Of a DNA stretch of 38,891 nt, positions 1-14,818 are shown piece by piece (the first letter of the stretch is position 1; every line of letters begins with the position of its first letter). Where the stretch lies: contig JAHLWZ010000953.1 in assembly GCA_020536535.1 (NCBI GenBank), positions 1 to 38,891 on the forward strand. Reading direction: 5' to 3'. The notes under the pieces were generated by a model. It was not told the origin of the DNA. It searched no databases and worked only from the letters and a program-made list of their open reading frames with translations. The DNA is from Pelomyxa schiedti (Eukaryota > Protista > Evosea). A program made the position numbers and the translations under genes.

Positions 1-377
1 TTACTCTCACTCTGCACTGTACTACACTGTCTAGTGACGATATTCCTCCTTTTCGAGGTCCGTCCCAGTTCGCTCTATCCCCTCAGTGGTCTATTTTTAG
101 GTTTGTCAGAATTCGGCCGATAAATTGAGTTGTCTCTCATCTCCAAAAACACGTAAGGCGAGTGCATCATTGCTGCTGTACATTGAAGGCAAGCCGTAGT
201 GGCACCAGTTTACTTGCATATTGGCACTTTGTTGAGCTAGAGTAGAGTAGTATTCTTGAAGAGCCCTTGCACTAACTCTTGGGTGATTGGCACCTCAAAC
301 AATTGCTTTTTGAGGGATTGTAATTTCGTAAAGTCATACATACAAGTGGGTGGTGTGAGTGGGCTGGGTTGTGTTGA

Positions 378-4631
<4,254 letters not shown>

Positions 4632-4739
4632 CTACGTACCAATAAAATACAGTTCTGTAGATCTCGCGAACGGCACCCACCCAACTTGAGTTGCAAACAA
4701 AACAAAGAAAATAAATCGCCGGCAACCGCCGCCAACTTG

Positions 4740-5879
4740 ATGGGCAATCTAACGTCGTCTAGCCCACACCGCGGCCCTCCCGAACCCCAGCCCGCAGTTG
4801 CAGCGACGTCACCTTCCTCTGGAGCAACTGCCGAAGCCGACGCGCCTGCGCCGCAGGCAACCGAAGTCGAGGACGAGAGAGGCGACGGGCTCCCCATCAC
4901 CACGGAGATCTTGTCCCTGGTGCTGTCGCTTGTGGAACTGCGCGACCTGCCCAGCGCGGCGCTCGTGTGCCACCGCTGGCGGCGGGCCTGCCGCGCCGAC
5001 TGCGTGTGGCGCTCCGCCGTGCGGCGCGAGTGTCCCCGAGAGGCCCTCGCGCTGGTCGAGAAGCGCCTCGGCGGCCCGGGCGCGGCGGGCGGAGGCGGGG
5101 CGCGGGAGGGATACAGGGAGGCCCTGCGGTGGGCCGTCGGGGAGCTGCGGCGCGAGAAGATGCGGGACCTGGGCGCCGTGTGCGTCTCGCTGTCGCGGAG
5201 CTTCGACGTCGCTTCCCCGCAGAACTGGGGGGAGCAAATCGCCCGCAGGGGCAAGGAGGGAGAACGAGGTCATTACAACGTGTGTATAACAGCGCGGCTG
5301 CGGCCGAACTTTTTTTTTTTTTTTTTGTTTTGTTTGTTTGTTTGTTTGTTTGTTTTTTTGAATCATTCTTTTATTTATGTTACCAACAGGAGTATCCTCT
5401 GTCAGGCCATTTGGGTCTCAAGGCTATTAATGGAACACAACTGAACACCTATGATGTCCTGTTTGATTTGGATATTCCATATTACAAGTTACACACTTCT
5501 CCTCCCGTAGAACGTAGGATTCCCAAAATAACACATGAGGATTCCTTACCAATTTTCTTAAAAATCAGTGCGGAAACCACTAGCAGAGTTTAGACTGTAC
5601 CTCAAATATTCTGAAGAAATAGGCCCCTATACTCCACTAAAAAGCGTGGAACTTTCAGCAACCGGAGTGGTTCACTTTGCACTGGGACATAAACTTTACT
5701 TTCACGTTTCCGAATGCACACCACTTGATGGATTCACTCCGCGGCACATGAAATGGCTGTGTGAACTACACCCCAACTCCCTTTTCCTTGGTCGCCTCTT
5801 TTCCGACGGTGAACTGGCGTTGTGTATGGGTGAGGATGTTAGATTGGTTTCCGCCTCACTGCATCAGTATGAAGAATGA
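4740..5879 (+). CDS. F-box protein (multi-exon)
   Basis: ATG at 4740 (MGNLTSS). F-box motif LPITTEILSLVLSLVELRDLPSAALVCHRWRRAC. In-frame intron 5280-5389. A second intron near 5510-5590 has uncertain boundaries. Stop at 5879. Confidence 0.75.
5308..5360 (+). repeat. poly-T / (TTTG)n microsatellite within the F-box intron
   Basis: A long T run followed by tandem GTTT units, seen directly. Confidence 0.85.
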
Positions 5880-5955
5880 TCCATCGACAAAACAGCATGC
5901 AAACTTGTTTGTAACAAAAAAAAACCCCTTTTCTTATCCAAAACATCATAACGCT

Positions 5956-8900
5956 TTAATTTCGTAGTTTAGGTAAAACAGTAGCAGTATCAGTTGTAAG
6001 GTCAACTTTGAACATTCCACGGTAGAGGCGGACGGCCACAGACACAAACTTGTCACGCTCATCAACGTGCATGAATACTAAATGCCAGACTTCTTGAGAC
6101 CGGGATTTCTCAGACTCGAAGAACACACTGACCATCAGTGGTTCAACACGGGGATACAGTACCTATTTTGTTGTAATCAGGGTGGAGAATGTTACAATTA
6201 CGGTTTTTCATATGAAAGTGTTTGCCTTGTTGTTTTTGGGAAAAGAGCATACCAATTTTGATAAATCGGGAAGGGCGGCACTGGCTACATGTGTGAATTG
6301 TGGTGTGGGTGGTTTTGGTAGTCCGGCCAAGGGGTAGTTCCCAAGGTCTTCATTGCAAAGGTAAAACTTGCTTCTTGTTGCCACCACGGTAACTGGTAGA
6401 ACAGGGCCAACTAAAATTGGTGTGTAAATCTAATCAACAAAAAGAGAGTGGGAAATACTTGTAGCTGGCAGTGATGAAGTTGCGAAAGTAGAGGAGGCAA
6501 CACGGCGGAAAGCAAGCAAGTAAAGAGCAAATGTCTGCCGGGTGGAGGGAGAGCACACAGCACAGAAATTGGCCAGTGTGTCAGCATTGCGGTGACAGAC
6601 TTCCAATGGGGCACCATGACCTTCGTCGTTCTTGTGTGCGGTTGCAGTAAGGATGTCCACGAACCTTTTGGCATTATTGGTTAAGGTTAATTGTGTTTTT
6701 GTTACTTGTGGGTCCTTTTATGGGACCGTGTGAGGAAAACAAATAAATTGTTCCCAGGAAGTTCAATTCTGTATTGTAAGTGAGTAGTGGACATTGTATT
6801 TTCTTTGTGGGCAATTACCTAAAGTATTGGTGGAATGGTCCTATTGTTACAGTTCGCACTTGACTGAGTCTGTGTAAGGCAATGGTAACAGTATCTGAAC
6901 GTGGTTTCAGATTGGAACCAAAGGAGCAATTCAAAAACCGCGGATGTCCCGTGAAGTGTCATCTTTGGGCATTTGAAGGTAAATGTATACATTGGATAAA
7001 AGTAGTATCAAAGTTCTGTGCGCCGTTTTAAAACTAGAAAGAGGTGCTCGGAACACACTGTTCCTCCAGTACATTATTTCCAAAAACAACAAAACTTGTA
7101 TAAAACCCGTAAAGTAGTTTTTCTCCTTTGTGTGGTTTTTTAAAAACCTAGATACTACTGAGAAAAAAAACGGAAAAGGTGGAATTCCGTACACTCTTAT
7201 TTAAGAAATCTCCAATATCAGGGTCATTTGCCAAAACATAGAACAAATCATCTTCAACAGGAATATTCGCGGGAACTTGGAGGGCACCTCTGGGGGCAAG
7301 AGGTGGTGCTGCTAAACTTGTTGAAGAAGGTCGTCGTCTGAAATAAAGTAAGTGGGGAAAATCTTGTGAAGGGCTTACTGGAGTGGCGGAGCTTCTGCTG
7401 CTGCAGTAGCTGGAGTTGTTGAGGAAGCAGCTGTGGTTGTTGGTGTCGGTGTAGGTGTCGGTGTAGGTGTAGGTGTTGGCGATGGTGATGTCGCTGTAAC
7501 TGGTTCCACCTGCACTGTTTTACACAGCTTCAGTGAATGGAAGAAAGGATTACCTTTGCTGCTGGGACGAAGGGCTTCACTTGATCCTGAAAAGCGGCTA
7601 GTTGTGAACTGGCAATGTGATAAACTTTTTGGACCGGTCCAAATTCAAGATAAATAGTTGTGATAACTTCCGTTGTTGTGGCTGTTACAGACTGTTGTTA
7701 GCTGGTAGGATTTTAATTCATCAGGGAAACAAACAGGGTGATTTGAATCCAGTCAAACGCGCGAGTTCTGTTTTGCCAACAATGGCGTTGTTCTGGCGTG
7801 GGTCAACTTCAACCAGAAGATTTGCTTTTGTGAAGACAACAACTCTGGGTTCCCAGTTCCCAGCTGGTGTTTTTTCTTCAACATTAAACCCACGGGCTTT
7901 GCTGTAATGGTAAAAAGGGAATTATTATGTGCATAGATAAACAAATAAGCAACAAGATGGAAATGATCATACCGTGGTTCTGCAGGCTGTGAAGATCCGG
8001 GTGTCTGCGGTTGTGCTTGGGGTTGTGGGGGTGGTGATTGTGGTTGGGGGGGTGGTTGTACGGGAGATGACGGAGCAGGTTGTGGAGCAGGTTGTGAAGG
8101 AGGCTTATCGAGAGGTTGTGGAGTGGGTTGTGGTGGGGGTTGAGGAGGGGGTTGTGAGGGTTGTTGTGGTAATGTAGACTGGGGAGGCGGTGTTTGAGAT
8201 GGTTGTGGAGGAACAGGCTGGGGTTGCACGGGTTGGACTGGTTGCGCTTGAGTTTGTTTTGCATCTCTTTCTCTTTGTTCTCTTTCTCGTTGTTCTCTTT
8301 CATACTGTTCTTTCTCTCTTTGTTCTTTTTCTTTTTGCTCTTTTTCAGCTTGAAGCTGGAGTTGCTGCTGTTGCTGCTGAATTTGAAGCTGCAATTGTAG
8401 TTGCTGTTGCTGGAGTTGCTGTTGGAGTTGAATAAAGGAAGTTTGTTGGGGTTGCCCGTGTTGAAGTTGAGAAAGTAGTAATTGTTGTTGCAAGATTTGT
8501 TGTTGCAGCAATTGTTGTTGCATAAGTTGTTGCTGGAGCAGCTGGTCGGTTGAAGGAAGAACTGGTACAGGAGATACCAAGATGGGAGGTGATGGCGATA
8601 CAGAAGGCTGTGGTTGCACTGATGAACCTGAGCCTAGCGTTGAAGAGGTTGATCGTGCTGGAGATGAAGGAGGCATATTCGTTGCTTGTGGGGGAGTATG
8701 AGCTTCAGCAGGAGGAGTGCGTGATACGGGAGGTGACGACTGAGGAGACATTGGGGGTTGTCGATTTGGTGCAGGTTGTGCTGAAGTTTGCACTGGAGCA
8801 GAAATTGGAGGGGTTGCAATAACAGTCTGTGTTGGCTGAGGGGGTGTATGAGGTGAAGTAGAGACACGTGCGGGCTGTGGAGATGTATTAACAGCAGGTT

Positions 8901-11209
8901 GTTGTACGGGAGTTGATTGTGGGGGTGTGGTTGATGGTTGGGCATGTGGGGGTGGAGATGACGCAGTTGCAGTCGCTGAAGGTGCTTTTTCCGGAATGGG
9001 TTTCGGGGTAGAACTTGGTGTGTGTGCAGGTGTGGGCGAGGTTGCTGGAGTAGTGGTGTGAGATGTTTGTGCTGAAGATGTTTCAGGTGCCGTTGGTGTG
9101 GGTGTAGTTGTATTGGTAGTTGCAGGGGGAGGTACAGGTGCAGCTGTGTTAGGTGCGGCTGGTGTAGGTGTTGTTGTGTCAGTTTTTTGCGGTTGCTTGT
9201 GGGCACCGACAAAACTCTTACCAGAGGAGGTTGGCTGTGATGGGTGAACGGGTTGTGTGGAGGGTGTCATCTGATTGTAGATAAATAGCCAACTTTCACC
9301 ATATTCATTGTGCATCCGCTCAACCTATTTATTTTTGTTTACAACAAAAAGTGGTACAAATATATTTACTTGATGCTTAAATTGGTTTGAAGGCTCAGAT
9401 AAAGACGTAGACAATACAGGTGCTGTAGATTCTTCACCGATTTCCACAACTTTAGGTTTAATCTAAAGATATTAGAAGAAGATGTGGTAAGTAGTAAACC
9501 TTTTTTGGTTGTCTACTTTGGTCTTCTGGCTCACCTGAGGCTGCTGAAGTTATATTAACAGCAGCACTAGAGGTCGTGAGGGCAGTTGAAGTGGTAGAAG
9601 TAGTTGTAGTTGATGAGGCTGTAGAAGAGCCGTCACTAGATAAGGAATCACCACCATCAACAGTAAATTTGAAATTATCCAAAGATAGCTCTTCAGTGGC
9701 GTGAACAGTTTCTTTTAACCACAGCCTTGTTGAATACACATCTATTTTTCTTCCAAGCTTCGCTTCTACTTCAGATGGCTCACGACCATCCAGTCTGACC
9801 TGGGTGGAGAATTAAAGATGAAAGTGGGAGTTAGGGCCAACTTCAATGGGTTCTCTAAAGCAACTGAAAACGGAATGGCGATAGTTAGTTTGTTGGCTTA
9901 TGGGATTCCCGTCAAGATAAAGATCCGTTAAAACAGGAAGGCCAGCAAGGGGGTCCACTTCATCAATTGAGCTGATGCAGTTATCTCCTAGATCCTAAAT
10001 GAATGTGAGAGAGGTCAAATATCCTTGCGGTACCAATTGCTCAAGGGCGAACAGTTGTTCTAAACCTCTTGTGGTTGTAATACCATTGTTCCGAAGTTTG
10101 AGTCCCGTAAGATTTCCAAGAACCCGATTGATAGCTTTAAAGTCTTTGATATGATTGAAGGAAAGGTTGAGATATCTATGCACTTTAACTTATTGACGGC
10201 AGAAAAAAAGAGGAAGAAACCTCAAGTTAAAACACCCAAAGAGATTTTCAATTCTCTTAATAATGTTGTGACTCAAATCGACATACTCAACATTGTGCAG
10301 AAAGTTCTGTGGGAGAATTAATTGAAGACTCTGTTGATTACCAGTACCATGCATGGCTCAATTTCAGGAATAGAATTATTAGAGGCATCAAAAACCTCCA
10401 ATTTACGCCACAATTTATCTAATCTTTCCTGATCTAATCTGAATGAGCTTGATGGAATCAAACTTCGTTGTACCCATTTCAATTCCAGCTGCCCATTCAA
10501 TATCTAATATTTCCTTTAGACACACGATACTTCTGTGTACCTAAGAGCAAGTGAACAACTTGTACAAGTGGACTAAAGTAAGTACAGTGAGTTCAGTTAG
10601 AGAGGAGCTAAGGACATCAAGATTAGAAATGAGACCAGGTTTGCATGAATCAATCTTTACGAGTAAGGAACCATAAGAACCATAACAGTAAAGTAAACAT
10701 ACTTCTAAAATTTGAAGGGCAGAAAAGGAACTCAAGTCGATAATTCGACTTTTTTCTATGTACCCTTTGGCTTTAGATTCCAGCTGTATCAATTTTAAGC
10801 TTTTATTGGTGAGCAGAACACATACCCTCAATTTCTTTGTATGAGACAAACAATGTTTTAAAAAAGCAAGGTCATCATCTTCAATTGAGGCAGTAAGCAA
10901 AACGCCTGTACATTGCAGTGTTAGGTGCAGCCTTTTGGCGAAATAGCGTCAAGCCACGCATACCTGAAGTCACCCCATTTATTAAATGAAGGCACCCAGG
11001 ATTTAGTGTGAAGGGGCGCTCATCATCGTCATCCTCTTCCTCCCCCTCTTCTTTTTCTGTTTTTTTTGAGTTTATTTAGCAAATTATACACAAATGGGTG
11101 ACATATGACACTAAACAAAAAGTACACTGCCACGCCAGAGACGTGGAGTTTTGTTTTAAAAAATCACCCCGCCCCCCTGCCGTAACACGTGGTGGCAGCC
11201 GTAGGCATT
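5956..11209 (-). CDS. Leucine-rich-repeat protein, STK11IP/nischarin-like, with a long Pro/Thr/Gln-rich central region (multi-exon; start uncertain)
   Basis: IIDLSSFSALQILE, WRKLEVFDASNNSIPEIEPCM, LNLSFNHIKDF, LTGLKLRNNGITTTRGLEQLFALEQL, LYLDGNPI. MHNEYGESWL motif, then a low-complexity P/T/Q and E/K/R exon (about 7970-9330). The C-terminal globular exons end ...KVDLTTDTATVLPKLRN* at 5956. Confidence 0.7.
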
Positions 11210-11437
11210 ATGGGACGAAATAAACCTCCGAATCGCCTATGTAGGAAATCGATGATCACTTGCACAATGTGTGCCTCTTCCGCCTTCAAACTTGACGCCA
11301 TTCCCTGATTTTTTTTTCCCCTTGAGCTTCCTTTTTTTTTTTTCCTCCCGTTTTGTGTTTGATCGGATTGTTTCCTGTCGCTTTTGGGGTTGTTTTTTTT
11401 TTTTTTGTTTTTTTCTTTTGTTGTAATCTGATGATGA

Positions 11438-13131
11438 TTACGGGTGTTCCTCCTTGGGTGTGGTGTTGTTTTCGTCCTCGGGCGTTGTAGTCAGGAGATT
11501 GTTTCTTCGTAGCATGCAAGCTTTCTGTTTGATTTGTTAAGAAGATAAAAGAGTGAATGTCACACACCTCATAGGGGGGGTGTATTGGGGCTTGCACAGG
11601 AGGAAGGCGACTCCAAAGGGCTTGAGGTATCTGCATCGAATGACGTGAGAATGTATCACAACAGCTTCCTCTACCTGGTAGGTTTGATCGGAATCGTAAC
11701 CAGAAAGATCCCCGCAAGCTACAAATGGAACTATACAAGGATCAAGTTGCTCAAATTTTGCTGAAGGCAATCAATTAAAGTAATAGAACAGAAGAATTCT
11801 TACGGTAGTTGGAATTTAGACATGGCGTTATCATAAGTGGCTGAAAGTTTGGTGGAGGGTTGTAGTTCTGGCACAGTACAAATGATTCTATGAACATAAC
11901 AAGTTAGTGAAGATGCCTTAGAGAGGGAAATATACCTATGGAGGATGTACGTGAGCTTTTAGGCTTAACAACACAAACGGTGGTGAAAAACATTTTAAGT
12001 TGTGCATAGAGTAGACTGACGTCTTTTCCTCGGAATATCTTGGCGAGGAAAGTCCCTCCAGGCCTTATAACCTTGAGAAAATGAGTGAAAAAAAGAGAAG
12101 TACGGGAAAAGAAACATGTGTAGTGATGTTTAGTGCAGCCAGAAGTAGTTGTGCTTGCACGAATTGATCTAAGTCATGCATCCCCGTAACTGTTTCGCGT
12201 TAGATTTGATGTTTGCAGTATTTTTTGTGACTGTGGTTGATTATAATTAATCTAAAGTATTGGGAGGTTGCTGATTGTGCCTTTGGTGCTTAGCACTGAT
12301 GATACCATCAGGAGCTCCATCACACACGACAATGTCGGCAAGGTTTCCGTGAAAATATGATATAATCTCCTGAGAAATGGTAAATAGATCCCTTTTAGGG
12401 AAACCAATGTGCCCTTCATATTTTGGGGTCTGTCACAGGGATTGACAGACTCCGCTGATTGTATAAGGGTAATTGTTTGTCAGGGCTTTAAAAACTATGA
12501 CAGATGAACTGTATCTGACATAGGGAACAAGCCCTAGGGAAGTTCAAATTAGGAAAACAAACCTCGGCTGTGGATAATTTGGTAATGTCTCCTTTGATTT
12601 GCACAACTCCAGGCAGAGGCGCCATTTCCTGCAGATCTACAGCCACAATCTTCACTGAAGGCTCTCCACTGGCTAAAAAAAAACCATATTTTTAAACCGA
12701 TGAAAAAAAGTGGAGTACACACTGGTGGTTGTGGATGTTGGTTCTGTATATAGTCTCTTGCTCAATACTTGGCTCCAGCTTCCTGGTGCTGCACACAAAT
12801 CAACAGCCCGCTTCACACCACTCAGAATGTGAAACTCCTCGTCGATCTGCATCAGCTTAAATGCGCTCCTTGCTCTCCATCCTTCTTCCTTCGCCTTTCT
12901 GTAGTATATGTCCTGTTTTGAATAGAAATGAGCACGAGATGGACAAGGTGAAAACAAAGCGTCGAAAATAAAATCGTGGGCCCCAAGGGTAACAACAATG
13001 GCATTACCGAAAAAAAAAATCCCCAGCAACACGAGCTAGTGCCGTAATTCACACACACAAAAAAAACACGGTGTACCTACCCTCTTGTCCCGGGATCTAC
13101 CAGTGGCCCTTCTGCTCGCCTTTCCGGACAT
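11438..13131 (-). CDS. FTSJ1: tRNA (cytidine32/guanosine34-2'-O)-methyltransferase, Trm7/FTSJ1 (multi-exon)
   Basis: [17 protein letters not shown]|[65 protein letters not shown]|[42 protein letters not shown]|KAC. Stop at 11438. Confidence 0.95.
12405..12537 (-). ncRNA. Intronic box H/ACA snoRNA candidate (host gene Trm7/FTSJ1)
   Basis: Sense-strand hairpin 1 (AGGGCUU...AAGCCCU, upper stem CUAUG-CAGAU/AUCUG-CAUAG). H box AAACAA (12473-12478). Hairpin 2 (CCCUU...AAGGG, upper stem GUCUGUCA/UGACAGAC). ACA at 12408-12410, 14 nt from the upper stem. About 133 nt, inside an unusually long intron of about 190 nt. Confidence 0.8.
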
Positions 13132-13287
13132 GATGCTACGCGGTGCGCTTCAGCGAGAAATTTTTGTGTTGATTAGTCTTCGAAGAAGAAGCGATGATGA
13201 ACAAAAAGGGCCTCCCTTGTTTATTAACCTTACAACAACATCCTCATACTTTGAAGACCCAGACTCCCCTCACCACTTGCTGCCCGC

Positions 13288-14496
13288 TCACTGTGCCTTG
13301 TGCACAAAGAAAGTCCTCACCAACTTGTTCACTTCCCTCTTGCACACCGGGCAGCCACCGCGCACCACAACTTTCCTCGCGCACCTGGCGCACACTAGAT
13401 GCCAGCAGCTCGTCATCCACAGTGGATTGCTGCCCAGCGGCTGCTGGCATGTCGGGCACAAGAACCCTGTTGAGAAGTCACACACCCTCACAACCGCCTC
13501 CATCTCATCCGGAACGCTTGCTCGGTCCGCATTCCCTACCGCCGCGGCCGCCGCCGCCGCTGCTGCTGCTGACGAGCGGTGATGGCGAGCATGTGAGGAT
13601 GAGGGCGGTGCCAAGGGCTTGGTGTTGTCCTGTGGCTCGTCGTTTGGAGGGGCGGCTGCGGAGTCACCTCCCTCGCACTCTGCGTTGGCGTTTCTGGGGG
13701 CGTCGGCGCCGACCTCGGCCTGGGAATTGGAAGAGCCAGGGATCGACGTGGAAGGCGTGCTCTGGGCGCTGCTGCTGCCGCTGCTCCCGCTGCTGGTGTT
13801 GCCGTCGTCGCGGTCCTCCTCTCCAACGTAGTTGCCCTCGTCGCCGCTGGCCGTGTCCTCCGGCGGGACGGAGCCAGGCTGGATGACGCGCTGCGGCCTC
13901 CCGTCCACGTCGCTCACGCCGCTCTCGCTGCTGGAGTACGAGCCCTCGTCGCCGCTGCCCACCGCGCCCACGCTCCCTTGCTGGGTCTGCAGCGGGGAGG
14001 CCCCCGGCTGCGCCGCCCCGACCCCGCCCTGCGGGCGCCTCCCGCCGGTGGCCACGGCGGCCTGGCCGCCCCTGCCCCGGCCCCTCCCGCTGCCCCTCGG
14101 CCGGCCCCTCCCCCTCTTGACGGGCACCGGCTGCTGCGCATCCCCTCCCTCGCCCACGCCCACGCCCACCCCGAGCCCCCCCAGCCCCACGCCCTCGGCC
14201 ACGTCCACCGCCGCTCCCCCTCCTCGCTTCCTGCCGACCCTCGGGCGCTTGGGCGAGCGGGTGGACACGGCGGCGCCGCTGGAGGACCGCTTCCGCTCGA
14301 CTTCCTCGCACACGGGGCACTGGCCCTCCGCCACGTCGCGGGTGCGGTTTATGCACGAGATGCACAGGCGATGGCGCGGCGAGTTGTGGCAGTAGTCCGG
14401 ATGAACTTCCCATACTCGCGTTTTACGCTTGCATCGCCCGCTGGAGCACGTCTTGTCGATCGACGTACTCACAAGCCAGGCCCGGCCGTGGCTCAT
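13288..14496 (-). CDS. Protein with an N-terminal RING-like zinc finger, an AT-hook and a C-terminal RING finger (single exon, 402 aa)
   Basis: C-terminal CPTC...CWHLVCARC...CPVC (C3HC4 RING). N-terminal CSSGRC...CHNSPRHRLCISC...CPVC. Central KRGRGRPRG AT-hook. Confidence 0.8.
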   Translation of the reverse strand: MSHGRAWLVSTSIDKTCSSGRCKRKTRVWEVHPDYCHNSPRHRLCISCINRTRDVAEGQCPVCEEVERKRSSSGAAVSTRSPKRPRVGRKRGGGAAVDVAEGVGLGGLGVGVGVGEGGDAQQPVPVKRGRGRPRGSGRGRGRGGQAAVATGGRRPQGGVGAAQPGASPLQTQQGSVGAVGSGDEGSYSSSESGVSDVDGRPQRVIQPGSVPPEDTASGDEGNYVGEEDRDDGNTSSGSSGSSSAQSTPSTSIPGSSNSQAEVGADAPRNANAECEGGDSAAAPPNDEPQDNTKPLAPPSSSHARHHRSSAAAAAAAAAAVGNADRASVPDEMEAVVRVCDFSTGFLCPTCQQPLGSNPLWMTSCWHLVCARCARKVVVRGGCPVCKREVNKLVRTFFVHKAQ

Positions 14497-14818
14497 GTTG
14501 GTTCAGTTTTGATTTCGTTCGTTTTTGGGAGGAGATGCCAGCCGGCTGCTGGGTTCTCTCTGACAAACTTGAGGAGGAGAATGGAAGGAGTTGTATCACG
14601 CACTGTTCTGATTACACTCCCTGGTGCGCAGCGAACTCCAAGAGCGGGGTGCGATTGTATCTTCCACTCTGGGCGTTAGCAGAAGTCGGTTTTGACCTCA
14701 ACAAAGATCTTGTGTTGGCAGTCTATTTTTAATTTCGGGGTATTGCAGAGTTTCGATTGTTGTTTGCTGGTAATACCAGAAGGAACGCAAAACAAAAAGC
14801 AACAACGAAAAACGAAAG

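Noticed and set aside
1-377. Possible extra 3' exon of the PI3K or the end of a neighbouring gene
   Set aside because: No convincing in-frame continuation or recognisable motif.
7433-9212. Antisense and alternative ORFs over the Pro/Gln-rich exon, and repeat-like GGTGTA/TGC tracts
   Set aside because: Explained by low-complexity coding sequence (TP repeats, poly-Q). Not a CRISPR array or mobile element.
12190-12305. Neighbouring Trm7 intron as a second snoRNA (small GTGCTTAGCAC hairpin; shares the 9-mer ACAATCAGC with the H/ACA pocket)
   Set aside because: No sense-strand C/D boxes or H/ACA double hairpin. A single 9-mer match may be chance.
13085-14732. Many alternative-frame ORFs over the RING gene
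   Set aside because: High GC suppresses stop codons, and the translations have no domain signatures.
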